Source: Candidatus Fervidifonticultor tertius (GTDB lineage: Bacteria > Sysuimicrobiota > Sysuimicrobiia > Sysuimicrobiales > Humicultoraceae). Taken from it: 64,000 bases of DNA. Shown here in pieces: positions 61,063 to 64,000 of this stretch. The DNA is taken from the NCBI GenBank assembly GCA_031459235.1, contig JAVKIY010000004.1, positions 14,448 to 78,447 of the forward strand. Direction: 5' to 3'. The notes beneath the pieces are model-generated. The model searched no databases, was not told where the DNA came from, and saw only the letters and a list, made by a program, of their open reading frames with translations. A program made the translations under genes and the position numbers. Numbering within the stretch: the first letter of the stretch is position 1; every line of letters starts with the position of its first letter.

Positions 61063-62268
61063 TCATGGATGCCCGCCGCCGGGCCGCCTGATCCACCGGC
61101 CTCCCACCATCACGCCACTCGGGCGTGCCAGCGCGCCCAGGTCGTCGAGGGGATCGCCGTCGAGGACGATCAGGTCCGCGGGCGCGCCCGGCCGCAGCGT
61201 GCCGAGCCCGGGAATGCCCAGCGCGGCTCCCGCCTCCCGCGTGGCCGCCGCCAGCGCCGCGGCCGGCGGGAGCCCGGAGGCCACCAGGGCGCGGAGCTCG
61301 TCGATGAGGCCGCCGTGGCGGGTGAGCGCCACACCCGCGTCGGTGCCGGCGAGGATCCTGACCCCGAGCCGCACCGCCTCCCGCACCGCCCGCTGCCGGT
61401 CCTCGAAGCGCTCCGCGATCGCCCGGCGGCGCGAGGCGTCCAGGCCGGGCTGCGCCAGGACCGCCGCGGCCGGCGCGAGCGTCGGTACGAGGGCTGCGCC
61501 CCGCGCGGCCATGATCGCGAGCGACGCCGCCGACGCGTGGCTGCCGTGCTCGATCGTCGCGGCGCCCGCCTCCGCCGCGAGGCGCACGCCCTCATCCGCG
61601 TGAGCGTGCGCCGCGACCCGGAGCCCGGCGGCCGCGGCCTCGCCGACCGCCGCGCGCAGCTCCTCTGCCGAGAACTGCAGTGCGCGCGGGTTGGTCCGGG
61701 GGCTCGACCCACCGCCCGTGACCATCACCTTGATCAGGTCCATGCCGGCCGCGGCCAGCGCGCGCACCGCGCCCGCCACGGCCTCGGCACCGCGCACCGC
61801 GCCGCCCATCTCGTGCACATGCCCTCCGGGGGAGGTGATGGGCGCGCCGCTCGCCACAACCCGGGGACCGGGGATCGCTCCCGAAGCGATCTCCGCGCGC
61901 AGCGCCGCAATCGGCGCCGTGGGGGCACCGAGATCACGAACCGTCGTAATGCCCGCCGCGGCGCTGCGCGCGGCGTTCGCCCACATGGTGCGCCGCAGGT
62001 CGTCGGCCCCGGCCGCCGCGAACGCCGCCAGCGGATCGTCGCCGGCGTCGAGGCAGAGGTGCACGTGCAGGTCGATCAGGCCAGGCGCCACGACCCGCCC
62101 GGGGAGCGCGACCACCGCGGCCACCGGGCCGAGCCCGGGTGGGGCGCACCGGCCTTCGACGATCCAGAGTTCGCCCGGGGCGGCCGGCCCGCCGAGCCCG
62201 TCAGAGACCCGCGCGCCGCGCACGACCAGCGCCCCGGGCCGCGACGGCCCCCCGGGCGAGGGCCTCAC
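61063..62268 (-). CDS. metal-dependent amidohydrolase family protein
   Basis: An N-terminal beta-sandwich (V.G.RV.DG......W...G......G) followed by PGLIDLHVHL (metal-binding HxH), VAAHAH and GTDAG. The start is set to GTG 62268, which overlaps the upstream gene's stop (GTGA). The 53 codons further upstream in the track ORF overlap the enolase-family gene. Confidence 0.8.
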   Translation of the reverse strand: MRPSPGGPSRPGALVVRGARVSDGLGGPAAPGELWIVEGRCAPPGLGPVAAVVALPGRVVAPGLIDLHVHLCLDAGDDPLAAFAAAGADDLRRTMWANAARSAAAGITTVRDLGAPTAPIAALRAEIASGAIPGPRVVASGAPITSPGGHVHEMGGAVRGAEAVAGAVRALAAAGMDLIKVMVTGGGSSPRTNPRALQFSAEELRAAVGEAAAAGLRVAAHAHADEGVRLAAEAGAATIEHGSHASAASLAIMAARGAALVPTLAPAAAVLAQPGLDASRRRAIAERFEDRQRAVREAVRLGVRILAGTDAGVALTRHGGLIDELRALVASGLPPAAALAAATREAGAALGIPGLGTLRPGAPADLIVLDGDPLDDLGALARPSGVMVGGRWIRRPGGGHP

Positions 62269-63395
62269 CAGTCGGTGATGCGGTGGCGGGCGAGGACCTC
62301 GGGATCCAAGTCGATCCCGAGCCCCGGTCCGGCAGGGACGGGGATCCGGCCGTCGCGCAGCTGCGCCGGACCGCCCACCGGGACCCTGGCCAGCGCCTCC
62401 CGCAGGGGATTGGCCGTGTAGATGCACTCGTAGGTCAGGAACGTCGGGGCTGCGGCCGCCAGGTGCAGCGTGGCGGCGACGCAGACCGCGGCCGAGAACC
62501 CGACGTGCGGCGCGTAAGCCACGTGGTGGCTCGCCGCCAGCGCCACGATCTTGAGGGTCTCGCTGACCCCGCCAGAGCGGGCCACGTCGGGCTGCAGCAC
62601 GTCGAGGATCCGGCGCGCCAGCAGGTCGCGGACGCCGAAGCGCGTAAACTCCGCCTCCCCGGCGGCGAGCGGGATGGACGTCGCGGCGCGGATGCGGGCG
62701 TAGCCGTCCAGGTCGTCGGCCACCACCGGCTCCTCGAGCCAGGCGATCCGTTCTCCCTCGACGCGCCGTGCCAGGTCGATCGCCTCCGCGGCGCGGTAGG
62801 CCCCGTTGGCGTCGAGCATCAGGTCGACGTCGTCACCGATCACGCGTCGGATCGCCCGGATGTTGCCGACATCCTCGGCGACGCCGACCCCGATCTTCAC
62901 CTTGATGGCCCGGAAGCCTCGCTCGACGAGCGCGGCGGCATCCGCCTCCATCTGCTTGCGCTCGCGGACCATGACAGAGGACCCGTACGCCGCCAGCTCA
63001 GTGCGCGTGGCGCCGCCGAGGAGCGCATACAGCGGCAGCCCCAGAGCCCGGGCCTTCAGGTCCCACAGCGCGATATCCACGCCGGCGATGCCCTCGACGA
63101 GCATCCCACGGCTGTGCCCGGAGAACGACCGCAGGTCGCGGAACATGACCGTCCACAGGCGCTCGGTGTCGAAGGGGTCGGCGCCGACCACGAGCGGCGC
63201 CAGCAGGTCGTCTACGATCGCCGCCCAGATCCGGGGTGAGTAGCGTGCCAGGCACTCGCCGTAGCCGACCGTACCGTCGTCGCCGCGCACCTCGACCAGC
63301 GTGGTCGCCAGGCGGGTGTAGGTGGCGACGCCCGTGCGCTGGGGTTCGTCCAGGGTGACGAGCAGCGGAATCGCGCGGACCGACGCGATACGCAC
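62265..63395 (-). CDS. mandelate racemase / muconate lactonizing enzyme family protein (enolase superfamily)
   Basis: Motifs GYGEC, F.AIKVKIG, LMLDANGAY (Asp metal ligand), IAWLEEP (Glu ligand) and P.AAGE. Confidence 0.85.
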   Translation of the reverse strand: MRIASVRAIPLLVTLDEPQRTGVATYTRLATTLVEVRGDDGTVGYGECLARYSPRIWAAIVDDLLAPLVVGADPFDTERLWTVMFRDLRSFSGHSRGMLVEGIAGVDIALWDLKARALGLPLYALLGGATRTELAAYGSSVMVRERKQMEADAAALVERGFRAIKVKIGVGVAEDVGNIRAIRRVIGDDVDLMLDANGAYRAAEAIDLARRVEGERIAWLEEPVVADDLDGYARIRAATSIPLAAGEAEFTRFGVRDLLARRILDVLQPDVARSGGVSETLKIVALAASHHVAYAPHVGFSAAVCVAATLHLAAAAPTFLTYECIYTANPLREALARVPVGGPAQLRDGRIPVPAGPGLGIDLDPEVLARHRITDW

Positions 63396-63409
63396 GCGTG
63401 CCGCCTAAA

Positions 63410-64000
63410 TTAGAAGCGCTTGTACTGCATGTAGAGTCCGGCCACGGACTCCCCGGCGCGGACCCGACCGCGGATCTCGTTCTCGTCCGCCACCACCTGC
63501 TCGGCGTCCAGCAGGACCTCGACCGCCAGCGCGGCCGGCACCACGACTACGCCGTCGGCATCCCCGACGATGAAGTCGCCCGGGCGGACCGGAACCCCCC
63601 CGAGGGTCACCGGACAGTCGAAATCCACGACATTCCACCGGCCTTTCGCGTCGGCCGGCGACCGGTACTTGCAGAAGACCGGGAAGCCGAGCGCCAGGAT
63701 GGCCGCCGTGTCGCGGACGCCGCCGTCTATGACCGCGCCGGTCCCGCCGCGGACCAGCGTTCCGTTGGTGAGCAGCTCGCCCCAGTGGCCGGTGACCTCC
63801 TCACCGCAGCAGTCCATCACGACCACGGTGTGCGGCCGGACCGCGTCCACAGCCTTCACGCCCTGACGAATGGCGCGGTCGGTGCTGCGCTCGGGCCGGC
63901 CGAGCATCGTGAACGCCGGTCCGGCGACCCGCATGCCCATGACCAGGGGCTGGATGCGGCGGTCGACGATTTGATGCCACAATCCCCGATCGTCCAAAGC
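63410..64000 (-). CDS. RraA family protein (4-hydroxy-4-methyl-2-oxoglutarate aldolase / regulator of RNase E activity A-like), probably 5'-truncated by the window edge
   Basis: Motifs GELLTNGTLVRGGTGAVIDGGVRD and GDFIVGDADGVVVVP. The ORF is still open at base 64000. Confidence 0.8.
   Translation of the reverse strand, partial: ALDDRGLWHQIVDRRIQPLVMGMRVAGPAFTMLGRPERSTDRAIRQGVKAVDAVRPHTVVVMDCCGEEVTGHWGELLTNGTLVRGGTGAVIDGGVRDTAAILALGFPVFCKYRSPADAKGRWNVVDFDCPVTLGGVPVRPGDFIVGDADGVVVVPAALAVEVLLDAEQVVADENEIRGRVRAGESVAGLYMQYKRF

Overview
The window is a 64-kb, very GC-rich bacterial chromosomal segment. Most 60-nt lines I hand-counted are 72-77% G+C. No homology search or folding was possible, so calls rest on motifs I recognise in the supplied translations and on reading the DNA. 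RNA and regulatory coordinates are approximate.

Most of the window is conserved housekeeping DNA on the + strand:
- A complete dcw cluster: mraZ-rsmH-ftsL-ftsI-murE-murF-mraY-murD-ftsW-murG-murC-murB-ftsQ-ftsA-ftsZ.
- An M50 protease plus an ABC-2 permease.
- nrdR-nrdJ and phnDCE.
- pgeF(ylmD)-yggS(ylmE)-sepF, then mtnA.
- A convergent GT2/GT4 glycosyltransferase pair.
- A T-box leader followed by ileS, a DksA/TraR-like gene, lspA, lgt, rluD and pyrR.
- rqcH (- strand), then yicC-remA, an archaeal-type CMP kinase and priA.
- A peptide-type ABC importer without ATPase genes.
- A minus-strand amidohydrolase / enolase-superfamily / RraA-like cluster.

An RNase P RNA gene lies at about 1808-2175. 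I found no tRNA, rRNA or CRISPR array.

The synteny (ylmD-ylmE-sepF; ileS-ylyA-like-lspA-rluD-pyrR; remA; rqcH; FtsA plus SepF) is Firmicutes-like. Together with the GC content this suggests a high-GC Firmicutes-type lineage (Limnochordia, Symbiobacterium or Thermaerobacter-like). That is inference only.

The one clearly accessory region is a lower-GC block (about 50-62% G+C) at roughly 4.2-11.3 kb.
- Both of its composition boundaries fall inside intact ORFs: an MFS transporter and a 1234-aa SARP/BTAD + P-loop + TPR regulator.
- It carries a decayed transposase and two translationally coupled membrane HD-GYP phosphodiesterase paralogues.
- This is my best candidate for an unusual or undescribed module, but its function is speculative.

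Other points worth a second look:
- A PriA whose helicase and ATPase motifs are all degenerate.
- A phased GTGGGG triple repeat abutting the mraZ start codon.
- Three genes whose conserved N-termini lie upstream of any ATG/GTG/TTG codon.
- An Ile T-box whose terminator hairpin lacks a U-tract.
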